DNA of 64,000 nucleotides from Hydrolagus colliei. Lineage: Eukaryota. The DNA is taken from NCBI GenBank assembly GCA_035084275.1, contig CM068755.1, positions 14,074,001 through 14,138,000 of the forward strand, given 5' to 3'. A program made the position numbers and the translations under genes. Numbering within the stretch: position 1 is the first letter of the stretch; the number at the start of each line of letters is the position of its first letter. Under the pieces are notes generated by a model that was given only the letters and a program-made list of their open reading frames with translations, was not told where the DNA came from and made no database searches. This document shows positions 36,501 to 51,104 of the stretch, piece by piece.

Positions 36501-39500
36501 CTAGTGGTGGGGCAGAGCTTAACTGTTTAGTTAACCACTTCAGCCTAGCTGTACACCACTGTCCAGACAATAGCCACATTTTGAAGTGTAGCAAAATGTA
36601 CAATAAAAACCTGAAGAATGATTCATCATCAAATGTGCTGTTTGATGCTTTGCTGAAGGATGCTCTATCTGACCAAATCATATTTCCTATAGAAGTAGAT
36701 TAGAAGATTATTTCCAGTAGTTAAACTTTGTTTATGGTATTGACATTTTCCAAAACATCGTGTTGCATCTTTATATTTGTGTTCATTGTGCTGCCTGCTT
36801 TGCCTATCCCCATTTGTTTATTCTAAGTAAGTAAATAGCGAAATGTGAGTGTTCATTTTGCATCATCACAAATTGAATTAATGAAGACAAAAAACAACAA
36901 CTTGCAGTTATATAGCGCCCTCCACACAGGGCAGAGTCTCAGAGCGCTTAACAATTGGCGAAGCTTGACCGAAAAAAAAACGAACAAAATTCACATTGAA
37001 ATATCCAATTGGGAAAAAAATGGTCAAATGTGTGTTGGTAATTCAATTGCATTTGTGTTTATTGAGGTCTTTAGTTTCAGTTTCCTTATTTGATCACTTG
37101 AGCTTAGTGCTGTCTTGGGTGAGTGGCGCATAAGATCCCTTAGAGGCTTCTACGACCCAAAATGTTTTTTGTGGTTCAATGAGATGGATGGTTTTCCGTT
37201 ATAGTGCTTCATTCTTTTTTCTTAATGATCATTTCACAGTTCAGTTTCTTACTGTATCTTGTTCTGGTTGTTCAGTTTTTCAAGTCGAAGATTGGAATAC
37301 TATATTAAAATTATTTTAACGGTTTAGTATTCATGTTTGATTTTGAGGTGTTATTGTAAATTCTAATCACATACGCAGATGCTCTGGTGATTTATATTTG
37401 ATCAGTATATTAACGATTACCATTTGCTTTCTGATCTCCCACCAAGTTTTAAATTTTAAAATGCTTTCAAAGAATCAGTGGAGGGATTTTAGCATTTGCA
37501 TGTTAATAGGATATCAGGTCTTCTCACAATGAGCTTTGGTAATTTCTGGCTTGGTATTTGAAGCTTTTATTAATGTATGACCATTTTGATTAGGGAATAA
37601 CCATAATTAAATGCATCTTTTACCATATGGTGTTGAGACAAGGTCAAAACTAAAGCCTATCTGCCAGATTTCACTGATATTGATCCTTCTGATCAATTTT
37701 ATTTTAAAAAAACAAAGTATACGTTTGTAACCCCTGTTATTTATGTGCATTATATCAGAATAATCCAATATATCTGTCAACTACTTCATTGTTAAAATTG
37801 GCTGTAAATAATGCAATTGTAAGCGATAAAACACTCACTCCCAACAGAGCAATTGTTGCACTTGCTAGCTAGCATAACGTTGGTGGAAATTAAAAGTTTA
37901 AAAATTAATGTTTAAATCTAATCTGAAAGCATTAAATCCTGTTGTCTCTATTGAACGATATGGTAGTTTGAGAGTTTTGTTGCCAACAAATAAATCTATA
38001 GTGTTTCTGTATCTGGATTAATGTGGCTTTCTTTCTGAAACCATTGGGGGGATGTTAAGTGTGTCGGCTGAAAAGGCTTTATTGGCTTTTTGCTCCACTC
38101 CTGTGCACAGCTCCTATTGAACTCAGCTCCCTGCTAGGCGGGCATGTTGTCTACAACATACTTTATCGATGTTTCAAAGTGAAGGTTACGGCCATTTCCA
38201 CCCTCACATCAAAGCGCGAGGGAGAGTGAACCAGGTGCATTGCGAGCCAGATCTATATTCTTTAAAATTGCACCCAGCCTATGAATGGCTGATCCATTCT
38301 CCCCCAAATCAATCTTGTCTTGTAAACTACGACCGATTTGTGAACGTTGCAAATTAGTCATGGAAAACAGCCGGGCCATTTAGAAAGAGTTGTTGATTCG
38401 TCTCAACTGGATATAATAACTATCGTAATAAATTCATGAAATTGTTTGCAGTAAGCGTGCAAACGCAACAGTTTATTGCAGTCCAAGGATTACTACTTTT
38501 GTTCTGGACCATGCCATAGAGGGTGACATTTTTTTTTCACGTTTGGTTGTGTAAGCTCTGCGTTTAGCAACAACAACATGAAAGTCATAAGCAGTCTGTA
38601 AAATCCAAAAATTGGCAACGATCTGCAGGTGATCAGATGACCAAGGATCTGGTTCTAATTTACAGGCTGTTCTGATTATAACCAAAAGAGACTTGGGCCT
38701 TCTGTGGTATTGGCTGAGCTTTCGGCCTCCATCTGCACATAATGAAATTATTGAGACCACATCAATAGGGTTTTTGCCGCACGGAGTCTTTGATCCCAGA
38801 TTGAAGGCTGGCACTCGTGCCATTTCATAACAGAACAGTTAAATTTCTATTTGCAATCGCCAAGAGGGATGCATATTTTGGACAGGCAAGAAAGTAGAAT
38901 GAAGAGGTTTGCAAAATGATTGCAATTCCCTTGCTTAAAGCCAAGATTACTTAATATATTGTGTGTGTGTCTATATATATATAAATATATATATAAAATA
39001 TGTCTTAAGATTTGGTCTGGTATTGAAAACTAAAAGCAGGTGGCCATTGTAAACATCTTAACACATTGGGGAAGCCTTAACATGTTCAGAAATTATAGCC
39101 GGATCTGATGTGAAATCTGTGTGCATAATAAGTCTGACTTCTTAATTATCTGATGCTTTTGTCTGTTGATCGAGACACATCTCTTCAATGAATTTGCCTT
39201 TCTGCCTTTGCTTCCAGGTGACAGTGATGGATTAACCAGCAGTTAGAGCATATGCTGTTTTAGTTTTGTCTGAAGTCACTCTTCCTGTTTTTAAACTAAT
39301 GTGTTTGTACTGATACATAGCAAAGAGATTTTTTTTTACTTGACTACATTGTACAAATGGTGCCATTGCAGTTATTTTTTTGCTGTGCACTTCTGGTCTA
39401 TCACATCTGCAGAAACTGTGGATCGATTGCGCATTTGTGGGGAGGGGATAATTCTCTAATGCTTTTACACCTGACAATACTGTTGGGCGCTTGCCAGTTT

Positions 39501-40028
39501 CAAATATTCACACACGACTTTGCGGAGGTAAAAGTTTGGGAAACAATTTGACAAATCAAATGGGGGGAGCTTTGCAAACACTGGACTTGAAAGGTTGTTC
39601 TGCATTCAAACTTAAGATCACACAGCTTGGGAGGGAGTTAGATTACATTTGGGTAAACTAATAATGCCTGAAAGGTTCATAAATTAGATTATATAATACA
39701 TTGGATTTATTGTGTATTTATATAAGTGCAGAAATTGTCGCCATTATTAAAAAAAAATTTGCACAGAATTTTTTTGTTGCAGTAAAAGACAGCATGGCCC
39801 CCAGAATGATTTTTGTTAAGCATCTGTTTACATGAATCTCACAGTCACATTTTGATTGAAGCGCACCTTTTATAATGCGTCTTTTCAATAAGAAAAACAA
39901 CAACATTGTTTTAAGAATGTGATCTTTTGTTGCAATCTTTTTCTGGGGATGCCTGAACTAGAAAATGTTAACTTATTTTCAAACTCAAATGATTTGGTGG
40001 CTAACTGCTTAAAATTATTGTCTTCTAG

Positions 40029-40277
<249 letters not shown>

Positions 40278-40365
40278 TAGATACCAAATACGTTTAAAAA
40301 CGTCTTGATACTGTATATGAAAACTTATTTTTGTCTTAATTATTTGTAATAATTCCTTTTAAAAA

Positions 40366-40572
40366 AAATTGGCCACTCACTTCAATCCACAACTGTTTAT
40401 GAGACACTGCTGTGCACAATTGGCTGCCTTGTTTCGTATAAAATACAGTCAATTTGCTTTACAGTATATTCTGTGAAACGCTTTGAGAGACGTCTCGAAG
40501 ACATGAGCTATATCTAGACATGAGCTATATCTAGACATGAGCTATAAGGCGCTATATCAAATGCAAGGATTG
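40366..40572 (+). mobile_element. 5'-truncated SINE in the GC-AG intron, carrying a 17-bp tandem repeat
   Basis: Body and tail match the family; gacatgagctatatcta x~2.8 at 40500-40546. Confidence 0.82.
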
Positions 40573-40663
40573 TTAGCATAATTCTGAAATATGGGCTTTG
40601 TGGAAAAAAAAATGCACTTTTTGATTAAAAAAATTTAAATAATAAAACACCTTTTTTTTTTAG

Positions 40664-40809
40664 AAGGGAATCACAATCATAATTCTTCTGACCTTTGGAG
40701 TTCCACAAATGGGATGAATCAGCCAAGTTATGGAGGAATGCTAGGAAGCTCTTCCTCCCACGTCTCTCAGTCTAGCAGTTACAGCAGCCTGCATGCACAT
40801 GATCGCTTG
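40664..40809 (+). CDS. TCF12: TCF12 exon ~10 (146 nt, phase 1-0): [49 protein letters not shown]
   Basis: Poly-T tract plus tag acceptor (TAGAAG tandem), TTG|gtaagc donor. Confidence 0.93.
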
Positions 40810-42199
40810 GTAAGCATGATTTGAGCTCAAGTAACAATCCTTGTTCCAGAGAATTGCAATACCCAGTTACTGCTACAGATAGTTTTATATCCTCCCCACA
40901 CCCCACCATCTTTTCCCAAAAGGTCTTCAGGTATCTCGTGAAACATTTACAAATATATGTATGTAAATAAATTGGTCTGGTTGTTACAGTGCCTGGCTTG
41001 CGTTCGAGGACATTTGCTTCAGTGAACTTGACACTTCCGCTATAAGAATGAGTTAATTTTAAAAAAAGAACTAAGGAGAGATGCACATTGACCTATGATT
41101 TCTGCAATGCAAAGTTTATAGTGGGCTGGTCTTGAGAATAGGCATGTCCTTCACACGACCATTGAGTGATCATCTCTTTCACATCTGGTTTGCGTTCAGT
41201 TTTGAATGTGTGCCTCGTGTTTTGAAATTCTGCAATCTGCACGGATTATTATTTATTTCATTAGAATAGGAAGAGCAGCTAGAAGGAATGAATGTACTCT
41301 GCCAACTCCTTACTAGAATTTGTTCCACAAATAGCTGCAAGTGTGTGTGAGAGAGAGATATTCGTAAATAACGGATAACCTTCAAGCTAGAAGAAAGTCC
41401 GGTGGGAATAACTGAGTTGCCTTAAGCTTAAGTCCAAACATTTGAATCTTAGAGGGGGCCGATCCAATCATTAAGATTGGAATGAACTTTATAAATTCAA
41501 CCAAGTTCTCCACTCCGGAATCTTTAAAAGTTTGAGCAGGATGCAATGAAATGTAACCACAATTTGTTTTCCATTGTGTCCAGTTCAAAAGGACACCTTT
41601 GTCAAAGGTACTTTGGCAATTGCTTATGTATCGGGGAAGTGAAGAAAAATTGTGCATTATTTTCATCTTGCTGGTGTCACTTGTATTAATACTGTGATGT
41701 GTTTAGTTCGATAAGTAATTTTCCAAGAGCCTTTCCGTGACTATTGTTCCTTTAAACCTTAATTATTCTTTGAACAAAAATGGCATAATGGGTGCCATAA
41801 ACATTACGCTCAGAAACATTGACTTAAGCTTAAACATCCAGCAGGTTCTCACTGAAGTCTTTCCCAGATGTATTTGTACAATTAAAGTGGCTTGTGAGCA
41901 AACCATTTCCTTGATCTTAATTTTTTTTTGAAAGTCTACGGAATTTGGAAAGGTTATTTGATTTCTATCTCTACCTTGAAGTTTTGAAATTGTTTCAGTG
42001 ACGTAACTTCTTTGTGCTCTTTGAAGACGACAAAATTGCCAGTTATCTGACAGTGTCAAGTGATGTAATGAGAAACCACAGCAATCTAGGTTCCACAAAG
42101 TCCAGGGCATCATATTAAGTATCTTCTGCATTTAATTTATGCTAAAAGTAAAACTCTTTTTTTCTGTTTTGTGAATTTTGTATTGAAGATATTCAGTTA

Positions 42200-42496
42200 T
42201 GTCCGCTCAGTCGGCATTGCCCTGCTCTATGACCTGCTTGCTCACTGTGGGCAGTCTGACCTTCAGCCTTTCTGCCTCCAGCCTCGAGCACCTTCTCTCC
42301 TCCTCCTTTGTCTCCTTTGTAGCCTATCTCTTGACCATCCTCTTCAATCATGCCTTCCCACCTCCACCCTTCACCCCACCCCACCCTCCCTTCCCCCCTC
42401 CACCCCCCGCCCTCTGCCTCTCTTGACTCAAACTCCCAACCCTTTGGATGCCCTCACGAGGCGTAAAACACTAAATCAATACAATTTGTTGTTGTT
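42200..42496 (+). mobile_element. L2 LINE 3' fragment
   Basis: Decayed TVGSLTFS...LTILFNHAF (L2 ORF2 C-terminus like TIGGRAFS..LKT.LF..AF) followed by an L2 tail and (TTG)n. Confidence 0.6.
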
Positions 42497-43817
42497 AAAA
42501 CTATATATAAAAAATATCGTAAAGAGTTGTAAATTTAATAAGCATCTTGGATCCAAATGGTTAGTTGCATTGGAGGGTAAATATTTTTCTTGAATAGACT
42601 TCTTGATCATCCCCCTCCTTCTCTACCTCTACTTTTATTCTTGTCTATTTTGAGTCTGAGACTGACACAATGTTGTGCACTTTCACCCATTAAATCTGGC
42701 CCACTAAATATCACGAAATCTGGATTAAGAATGTTGGCAAAGTTCATCCAATCAGTCTGGATTTAATTTGAATACAAGTCCGATGGGAGAAAGAACAAAC
42801 TGTACTACTCAGTCCTGTCTAGGGTTTTACAGCAGGAATAGAACTTAGAACTGATCACTTAATATTTTGAGATTTAAATCAGCGAGTGTCTAGTCTAAAG
42901 ACCTTTCTTTTCGACCCTGCTTTCAGTCATCATTCCTCTCCTCCCCCACCACCCCCCCGCCCCGCCCCAGCTTCCCCAGCTTGGGCTCCTAGTCAGCTCT
43001 GTGCAACACTTTTAAGCATTTTAATATATCCCTCCATTGCAAAAGGCGATATATAAACATAATTTGCTGTGGTCAGTCTGTAAACTGTAGCTTTATCCAC
43101 CACACTATAAAGGGTTTTCGCTTTTAATATGCTTCTTAAAAATAGTTAACAGAAAATTGCACAGAAAAGTGAATCTTTAAAAAAAAATTACTTGGACAAA
43201 GACCTGAACAAGTGCCTCAAGTGTTGCATTTGATGTCTTTCTGGTAAAAAAAGCATTACACACGGCTGGCCGAGAAACTGAACTCACTGAGGGGGCAGGT
43301 TTGAGATGAATGCACATCCTATATCACCGCAGCACCATTGGAACCAATGTACTATTGCTTGCTGGATAGCCTGTCTGTACTGTTTAAGATGTATTTTCCG
43401 ATCGGCCTTCCATGTAGCTCGACATTATGATTGAAGTGCTAGAATGTGTGCAGGCACAAATAAAAATACTGTATGGTTGTAAAGTTGTAGCTGCTTTCAG
43501 ATGTCACAATAACTTGTTCACTGAATTACTGCATGATTTGTAAATCCAGGTTTAGTTTTTTTTTACTGTTCAGTGTACAATCAAACGCCCTTTGATGTTC
43601 GAAGATTCTTTATCCACGTTTTCTTTATTATTCTTAAATGTATATATAGGGTCTTTAAGATCAAATGCGTCTTTTAGATACTTTGCTTTGCTGGACTAGG
43701 AACCAACGTTAAGCAGGTTATTACCTTTGCCGGTTGGGCATCAGCATTGAACTGGTTCCAATGTAATTGTGATTGATTTGTTCTTATCCAGGGCTGTCTG
43801 GTGTTTTTATTTTATAG

Positions 43818-43959
43818 AGCTTTCCACCACATTCAGTTTCACCCAGAGACATCAACCCCAGTCTTCCCCCAATGTCTAGCTTCCATCGAGGTACCAGCTC
43901 CTCTCCTTATGTTGCAGCCTCACACACTCCACCAATCAATGGATCAGAAAACCTTTTGG
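43818..43959 (+). CDS. TCF12: TCF12 exon ~11 (142 nt, phase 0-1): [48 protein letters not shown]
   Basis: tttatag acceptor, G|gtatgt donor; LPPMSSFHR motif. Confidence 0.95.
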
Positions 43960-44201
43960 GTATGTTCTAAGAACACATTGACATCCCACCCCCAAGTGGA
44001 AAATAGTGGCTAGCTGGTTAGTGTACATGTAAAAATTGTGTTGCGTAGCTTGCAACTTCGTGTCTTACTTAATACTTGGTAGATTTATTATGCAGTAAAC
44101 CTGATGTATGGAACAAAAATCCAGTTTTTCTTTTAACCACAATCTGATGTTTAGCTGAACGTTTGAATGAGTGTTTTATGCTCTAATTATGTTGTGCATA
44201 G

Positions 44202-44266
44202 GGAACAGAGGAAATACAACTGGGGGTTCACAGACAGGTGATGCACTTGGAAAAGCTTTGGCATCT
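44202..44266 (+). CDS. TCF12: TCF12 exon ~12 (65 nt, phase 1-0): GNRGNTTGGSQTGDALGKALAS
   Basis: catag acceptor, TCT|gtgagt donor; invariant SQTGDALGKALAS. Confidence 0.96.
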
Positions 44267-44452
44267 GTGAGTACTGAATTAAACCTTCTAGCATCTTTTA
44301 AAAAAAAGACTTGTATTGCCTGACTCCATTTTTTTATGGCTACCAATTTAATACTGACACCCCCGCCCGCCACTCCCCAACCAATCTTTCGAGCCAAAAT
44401 ACTGACCTCAAGTGCGGTTCATCTTCCAGTCTCTACTGACATGTCTGTTTAT

Positions 44453-44603
44453 TTAACCCTTTGAGGACAGCAGTGACATTTCTTCCCAAAAATGTGTGGT
44501 TGCAATTGTCCTGACGTTTAAAGAATAGCATTTTTGCAGATGTTTGTAGTAAACGTCCCCTACTTTGAAAGCTGCAAAGGACATTCAGTACTCAAAGGGT
44601 TAA
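44453..44603. mobile_element. piggyBac-type MITE (143 bp plus TTAA TSDs)
   Basis: TTAA-CCCTTTGAGGACAG ... CAGTACTCAAAGGG-TTAA; TIRs 12/14 identical. Confidence 0.8.
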
Positions 44604-47145
44604 CTCATATTTCCAGTGTAGTTTCATGGCTGAATTTGTATTTTTCATTGCGTTCTCTTTCAAATTGGCATTAGTGTTAACGCTTTTTAAAGAAAAGGAA
44701 AATAAAAAGCATATTTTCTAGTGAACAGTAATAATCATGAGCAGTCTCGTAAAACGCTCCTAATTTAGGGAAAATGCTGGTCCAGCTGAATTATCCAGAG
44801 TTTAACGTTATCTGAAAGGTATAACTGATTAGTCGCATTAGGTGGACTAAACCCTACGACTAATATTTAGATTATGGCATTTAAATATTCATAAACACTA
44901 AGCGGTACATAATCCCAAATGATAGTTGTAAAAAAAAATGTGGCATAGGGAAAGATGTCAGGCGGTGGTTTTCAAGCTTCAATGTGTGCTGAGGACTATC
45001 TTGCTTTCAATTACATTTTAGGCTTTGAAGATCTGTCCTGGAAACTTTCTGGATCGAGACCCGGTTAGAATTTAGATCACAGACCAGAGGGAGGAGATTA
45101 CCTTTTATTTGTGTGTGTTTTTCTTTAAAAAAAACAAAGTGCGTTGAATTGTATTTTATTTACAACGCATTGTTGGAAGGAAATGCTAATATGCACAGCA
45201 CATGCAAAACTGTAATGCACATCGTGTAATCATAGAATTGCTTTAGACCCATTTTCGGATTTGGACTTCCATTTATTTACTTTATCATTTGAAGGCTGAC
45301 GGCCGTGCACAGTTTTACAGGTTAGGGTTAGGTATTAAAAATTAAGTCCATGAATGAAGCCTATTGAAGATTCAGGCAGTGCTTTGGCATGTTCCACAGT
45401 GTGTCGGGTTGTTGAATGAACTAACACAGGTGCTCACGATTTCTGTGTTTATAGAACTACCTCGGTGGAGATAGCGTTCCTTTAAAACACACGCGCATAG
45501 TTTAAATACTGCACGATAAATATTGTATGTTCATTTGTTTATGAAACAGTACCATTATCCTGACTTTTCCAAAGACTGCATATCTCCAAAGTGGTGTATT
45601 CTTAAAAAAAACAGTAATGTTTGTGTCTGTTTAAATTTGTGAAAAGAGTAATTCAGATTGATCTGATCGTTGGTTCATAGTGCAAAATTGACCACTTGTT
45701 TTCTTATCCCCCCCCTCCCCCACCCCAGCCGGTTTATGTGTGAGACAGTTTTCTTTTACAGTTAGTGTCAAGAAGTGTGAAGGAAAACGGGCTCACACGC
45801 AGACTGTAAAATGTGTGTAAAAGTTTGATATAAATCCTTTCATGTCTGCTTGGTTCATCTGGAGCGACGTCCAGAAAATGTGATGGTTGCATGTGACTTT
45901 TTAGGAATGAATAAAATATACGAGCTTCTAAAATATAGTTATTAAATGGGAGGAGGAGAAAAAAAAGCACAGTGGGTTGCTGCGTTTTTCCATTTCTTGT
46001 GTTCTGCAGTTCTCCTACTAAAGATAAATTGAATTGCAAATAAAGCCCTAGATTTTATTCTTACCCCAACATGAAAACCTATCATAAAAACCTAAGTAAG
46101 ATTGCTAGGGTGGAAGAAAGTTGAATACAGAGCTATCCAAGGCTTACACAATCCAGTCCTGCTAGTATGAATAGTTACTATTTACGCCAAAGATAATAGT
46201 CTGGGCTGACTGTGAGCAGCTGTTATTTAGGTGGGTCTGTTTTAGGAATACTTATTCAGAAATCGTAGCAAATGATTTAGAAGTGTAGAGGAAACTTTCA
46301 TTGCAATAAATGTGTGAAAGTTGACAATATTACTGTTTACTTTTGTGCTTCACAAGACGTGTGAATGACTTGTGCAGGGAAATGGATTGCTTTTTCCTTC
46401 CCATTCGTCAACCAGAGATCAAGCCCGCTACCCCCAATCAGTTTTTGTTTCCTAGGCTGCACAAAACGTGTGTGATTCCATCCTTATCCCCAAAATCGTG
46501 AAGTAGGTGTGTACGCACTTGGGTTACGTTTGGGATTTGAGACTGCTGTGGATCATTTCATGAAAGCACTTTACGGACAGTGGAGAAAGGAGGCCTCCAT
46601 CTAATGGTTTTGCGTTGAATTCGAGCCAGGATTCCCTTGAAGCCACATGTTTAATGCACGAATCCACCGAACCCTACAGTCCTTTCGCGTTGGGTTTTTC
46701 CTGTGGATGGTGACGAGCTTGCGCAACTCTAAATGAGCCGACAATTGAAACAAGTCGGATGTTTGAAAGCCGAAAGTTGAGCTCCACTAGAAAGGTGACT
46801 GTGAGGCATCGAGTGCGGCAACTTTCCCTCACGTTTACCGCTTGGAACAAATCGGGTGGTTTTCAGAAGGAAAGGTCGGGACAGAAATGTTTTAATCTCA
46901 ATAGTGGGTGGGCATTGGTTGCAGCAGTAATGTGATTCTGTCATCCTGTATTGCTTGGCAGGAGCCACCAGGTCACTCCATAAATCATTTCTGTCAGGGC
47001 TGATGCTGATGCATTCCATCTGCTCTATCGCTGCATACCACAGTCTGTGGAGTACAAATCCCTCGTTCTCCCCAGTCCCATCTGTTTTCCCTGACTTCAT
47101 GCAATTGTTTCAACGCTAAATTTGTAACACCAAAGTTCTTTTGGA

Positions 47146-47323
47146 GAGTGGAGAGCGAGAGAGAGAGAGAGAGAGAAAAAAACATCTGTTGCAAATTATC
47201 AAGCGACTAAAACGCGTTTCCCAAGCAAACAAGCAGCGCCGAAAACATGTTGAGAATTTTCAATCCCAATTTGCAGCATAAAATTTGAGTTTCATCTATA
47301 TATATATATATATATATATATAT
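47146..47323. repeat. (GA)n at 47146-47176 and (TA)n at 47297-47323
   Basis: Direct reading. Confidence 0.9.
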
Positions 47324-49968
47324 GATCTAAAACTTGCCCTGTTTGTTGTTAAGCAGTTTGAGATAGTCACACAATCCATTTTCAGATTATATGCATTGAT
47401 AGCATGAGCGTGAACCTGTTCACTCAGTCATTCGAGTTCACAGAAGATATCTATGGTGTAGGGGGCACCCTTGTAAATAATCCCAGGTAGAGAAAAATTG
47501 CGGTGGAGCATTGATGTCACAATGAACCTTAACGACCGTGCTTTTATTCAGGAACTTCATTTCAAAACGGAACCAATTTGTCTTTGAAACCCATCTGGGT
47601 ATGTGCGTGTGTGTATATGCGTGTGTGGGTTGGGGAGAGGGGTGAGTGTTAAAGTAGTACAGTATTGGTCCCTCTTTTTCTGCAGGATCTTGGAGAACAG
47701 AGCAGTAAATAGATCATTGTGTTAGAGAGCATTCTTCAACCGAGCAGCGCCACCACAATGTAGGCAAATAAAAATGCTACTGAAATGAACATGTGGCTTC
47801 TGAGGAAAAGGAACTGTTCAACTAGAGTGGACAGCCTGGATTTGCCCTTGAGCCATTATGTTGTGCACCACTGCATTATACTAATTAAATGTTGTTTGCT
47901 AAAAGTGATATTGCACTTCTCCAGAGACTAACTGCGATACAAATATGTTGTTTGAAAGCCTCAATTGGGTTATCATTTTAATTTATTGCATGATTTCTGT
48001 TTTTATATGCAAATCTTGCCAGGAACTTTAAATCAATGACTTTGTTGGAAGTTCGTGATTTGTGTTACCGGAATACTGGTGCCAGTGCAGATGCTAAACT
48101 GTATTCTGTTTGAAATTTTGACTCTAGGTTTATTTGAAAATTTGTAATTTGCCGGAAAATTCTATAAATGTCGAATTTTATTTGTCAAATTTGAAAATAG
48201 CTACACGCGTAGATCTTTTACCAAAGGCCTATTCAACTTGTTTTGCCATTTTTATTTCGATCATCAGGGCATTGCATTCTTCCAGTTTCTTTTTCTTCAA
48301 TCTTATTTTAATAAATGATCTGCTAATCAGTCAACAACAACAACTTCGATTTATATAGCGCCCAGACTGAAGTGGACATTTTTATTGATTGCTTTTCTTT
48401 GTGCTCCATTAAATTGTTGGACCTGGACACTGTTGCGGTATGGTCTTCTTAATCTTTTTCTGCACCTTTCCCGTTAAAGTCATCAGAACCGCACCAACTT
48501 TATTTAAGAGAAAGTCTGGCAAACGGTTTAACGGTTTTCTAATGTGTCAAATGATGGCGCAGATTATAGCAAAACTGACCATTGCGTCACTTGCAGTGAT
48601 GACAGGACTGCAATGGTTCATGTCTTTTCTGCGTTTTCTCCATCCCCAAAACGAAAAAGAATTCCAAACCATTTTTAATGAAGATGGTGATTTTTTAGAA
48701 ATAAAACAGAATTATTCTTTGTTAAGAGTGTGAATCACATTTGCATATATTTCAATGTATTTCAAAAAACTGTGCAAATTACTACAATATTCTTTTCATC
48801 TGTATGCCCCAAATCTGATGTATTATAGCTGAAACATCTGGTTTATTTCAGCAGTTTGTGCCAAACTGGGAAACTTGAATCCAGTGTAGTTTTTTTAAAA
48901 AAAACAAAGCTTTGTCCATAACAAATTAAATTTATTTTTGTAGTTATTGAGATTTTGCTGTAATAGCTGTTTCAATTGCCCTGTTTCGCTGATTAGTATA
49001 TGCATGTAAAAGAGCTTTGGTAAACAAGCCATAAATGAAGGTCTCTTAAATTGTGATCTTGATAAAATTACCTGTACAAAGATGTGTAAAATCTGAAATA
49101 GGCTTAAAAATAAAACCTCCAGGGATAGACTGTGGGTAGCAGACCATTGCATTCATCTACTCATAATCCTTACCTTGGCAACCGAATCGTGAACACTTGT
49201 TAAGTGGAGCTTCATATATTGTGTAATAAAGAATGTTTACAGCAGAAGGTATTTGGAGGAATGGTTTCTGTCTGTTGGGTAGTTTATTCAATTACATCTG
49301 CAACTGTTTTACTGAAAAATGCTTTGCTGAGTTATAGGTTTCTCAAGAATTCCCAGTGCCAGGTTTTTTTGGGTTGGAAAAAATTAAAACTAGATGCATA
49401 AAAGAGCTTCATTAACTCACAGCCTCAATTTGTCTCTCTTCAACTTCAGCATCTGGTGGAAGAAGTAGATGTGTTTCATCATGAGGCCTTATATATTAAT
49501 GGTTGTGTGGATTATCACCTGACGAAAATATCAGCACGGAGTTTGAAATTTCCTAAGCGCTGTGTGCCCAGATCTTGCTCTGATGATGCCAAATCCTATT
49601 TGTTATGTTTGCAAGCATCATGTGGTGCCAAACACAGAATCTAATACCGAACTTTAACTTGCAGTGCGTTTGTTTAAATAGGTAGCAGGTTTCTTGAAAT
49701 GTGTTGATTCTTTTGTGCCTTTTTGTGACAGCAAAGAATGTATTCTGGGGGCTTGACGTGTTATTTGAAGGAAGCCTGTAGAATTTTAAGCCTTCCAAAA
49801 TGTTATGAACATTTTTATAGCCACTTGGATGTGGAGCCAACTGAGAGAATTAACAGATCCAGTTTTTGCAACTCGTTCGTTGCAAAATTGCTGCATTACC
49901 TACAGAAGAACTGAATCAAAATTTGGCAGATATTGCATTTGTACAATTTTCATGCAAGTAACAAGTGA

Positions 49969-50136
<168 letters not shown>

Positions 50137-50315
50137 TGACAACTCCCAGAGTTTACAGAGTCCTACGATCTAACAAAGTAGGAGCCACATCTCGATGGCT
50201 ATTACATCTATTGCATTTTTAAACTCCCAAAGTATTATGCCACTGACCAAAACGTTGACGCTTATTTAAGCCTGAAGCTATTCCTGTTTTACACATGACT
50301 ATTGACTGATGTTTG

Positions 50316-50455
50316 TTCCTCTGTATCTCTGCCACCTACTAAAATGTTACCAGTCTGCCCGTTCCCTCCGCTCAGCAAGCACTGGCCTGCTCCTTGTCCT
50401 GTGCTCTTCCCACTCCACCTTTGGTGGTCTGGCTTTCCGCATTTACAGCTGCTTG
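50316..50455 (+). mobile_element. L2 LINE ORF2 C-terminal fragment
   Basis: Translates PLYLCHLLKCYQSARSLRSASTGLL...STFGGLAF, the L2 PxYL..LL..Y.P.RSLRS motif. Confidence 0.7.
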
Positions 50456-51104
50456 AAACTTACATTTCGGGAGAATTGAATTCCGGCTGTGCTGATTTTT
50501 GACTATTTTGGAGCTCGGCATGTGTTTCAGGTTTCTAATCCGGCAACTTACGATTTCAATACCAAATATTTATATTTGACGTTGAGCCTTATCACGCTGA
50601 ACATTCTCGAGCTGTGGTTTACTTTGAAGTGCGGTGACTCTTGGGTGGGGAAATTACGACAGCTAATCTGTTTCAGTAAGGTCTCACCAACATCAATAGC
50701 TTGGTAGCCACCTTCCAAACTTTGTGAAGATCCAATGTAGGTTTTGGAAAACTTGAGGGCTGGGAGTGTCTACATTTACTGTACTTAATTAGCATTCGTG
50801 GAAAGTTAGTTGGAGTCCAATGCAAGTTGCTTGTAATGAATGCATTGCAATACTTTCCAGCTGCTCGATAATCCAAATGCTGTTTCAGGAGTTTTCCACG
50901 AAAACTATTGCCATAGAAATAATGCGGACCTCATGTTATTAACAACATTATTCTGGTTAAACCTGCGACGTTAGTCAATTTGACTAAACTTTCCACAGGA
51001 ACACTGTCATGATACCCACTGTATTGCTGTATACATTACTGTAGTTTGTATTGAACCTTCCGTTTAGATGGGCATATATTTTTTCATGCCGGTGTTGTGC
51101 TATC

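Noticed and set aside
39190-39250. Strong cryptic acceptor (ttgcctttctgcctttgcttccag) with an early stop, a possible poison exon
   Set aside because: No convincing donor nearby; unsupported without RNA data.
41180-42130. Run of minus-strand ORFs with KVIRYLRI, a possible old L1/Tx1 RT
   Set aside because: No YADD or other diagnostic motif found.
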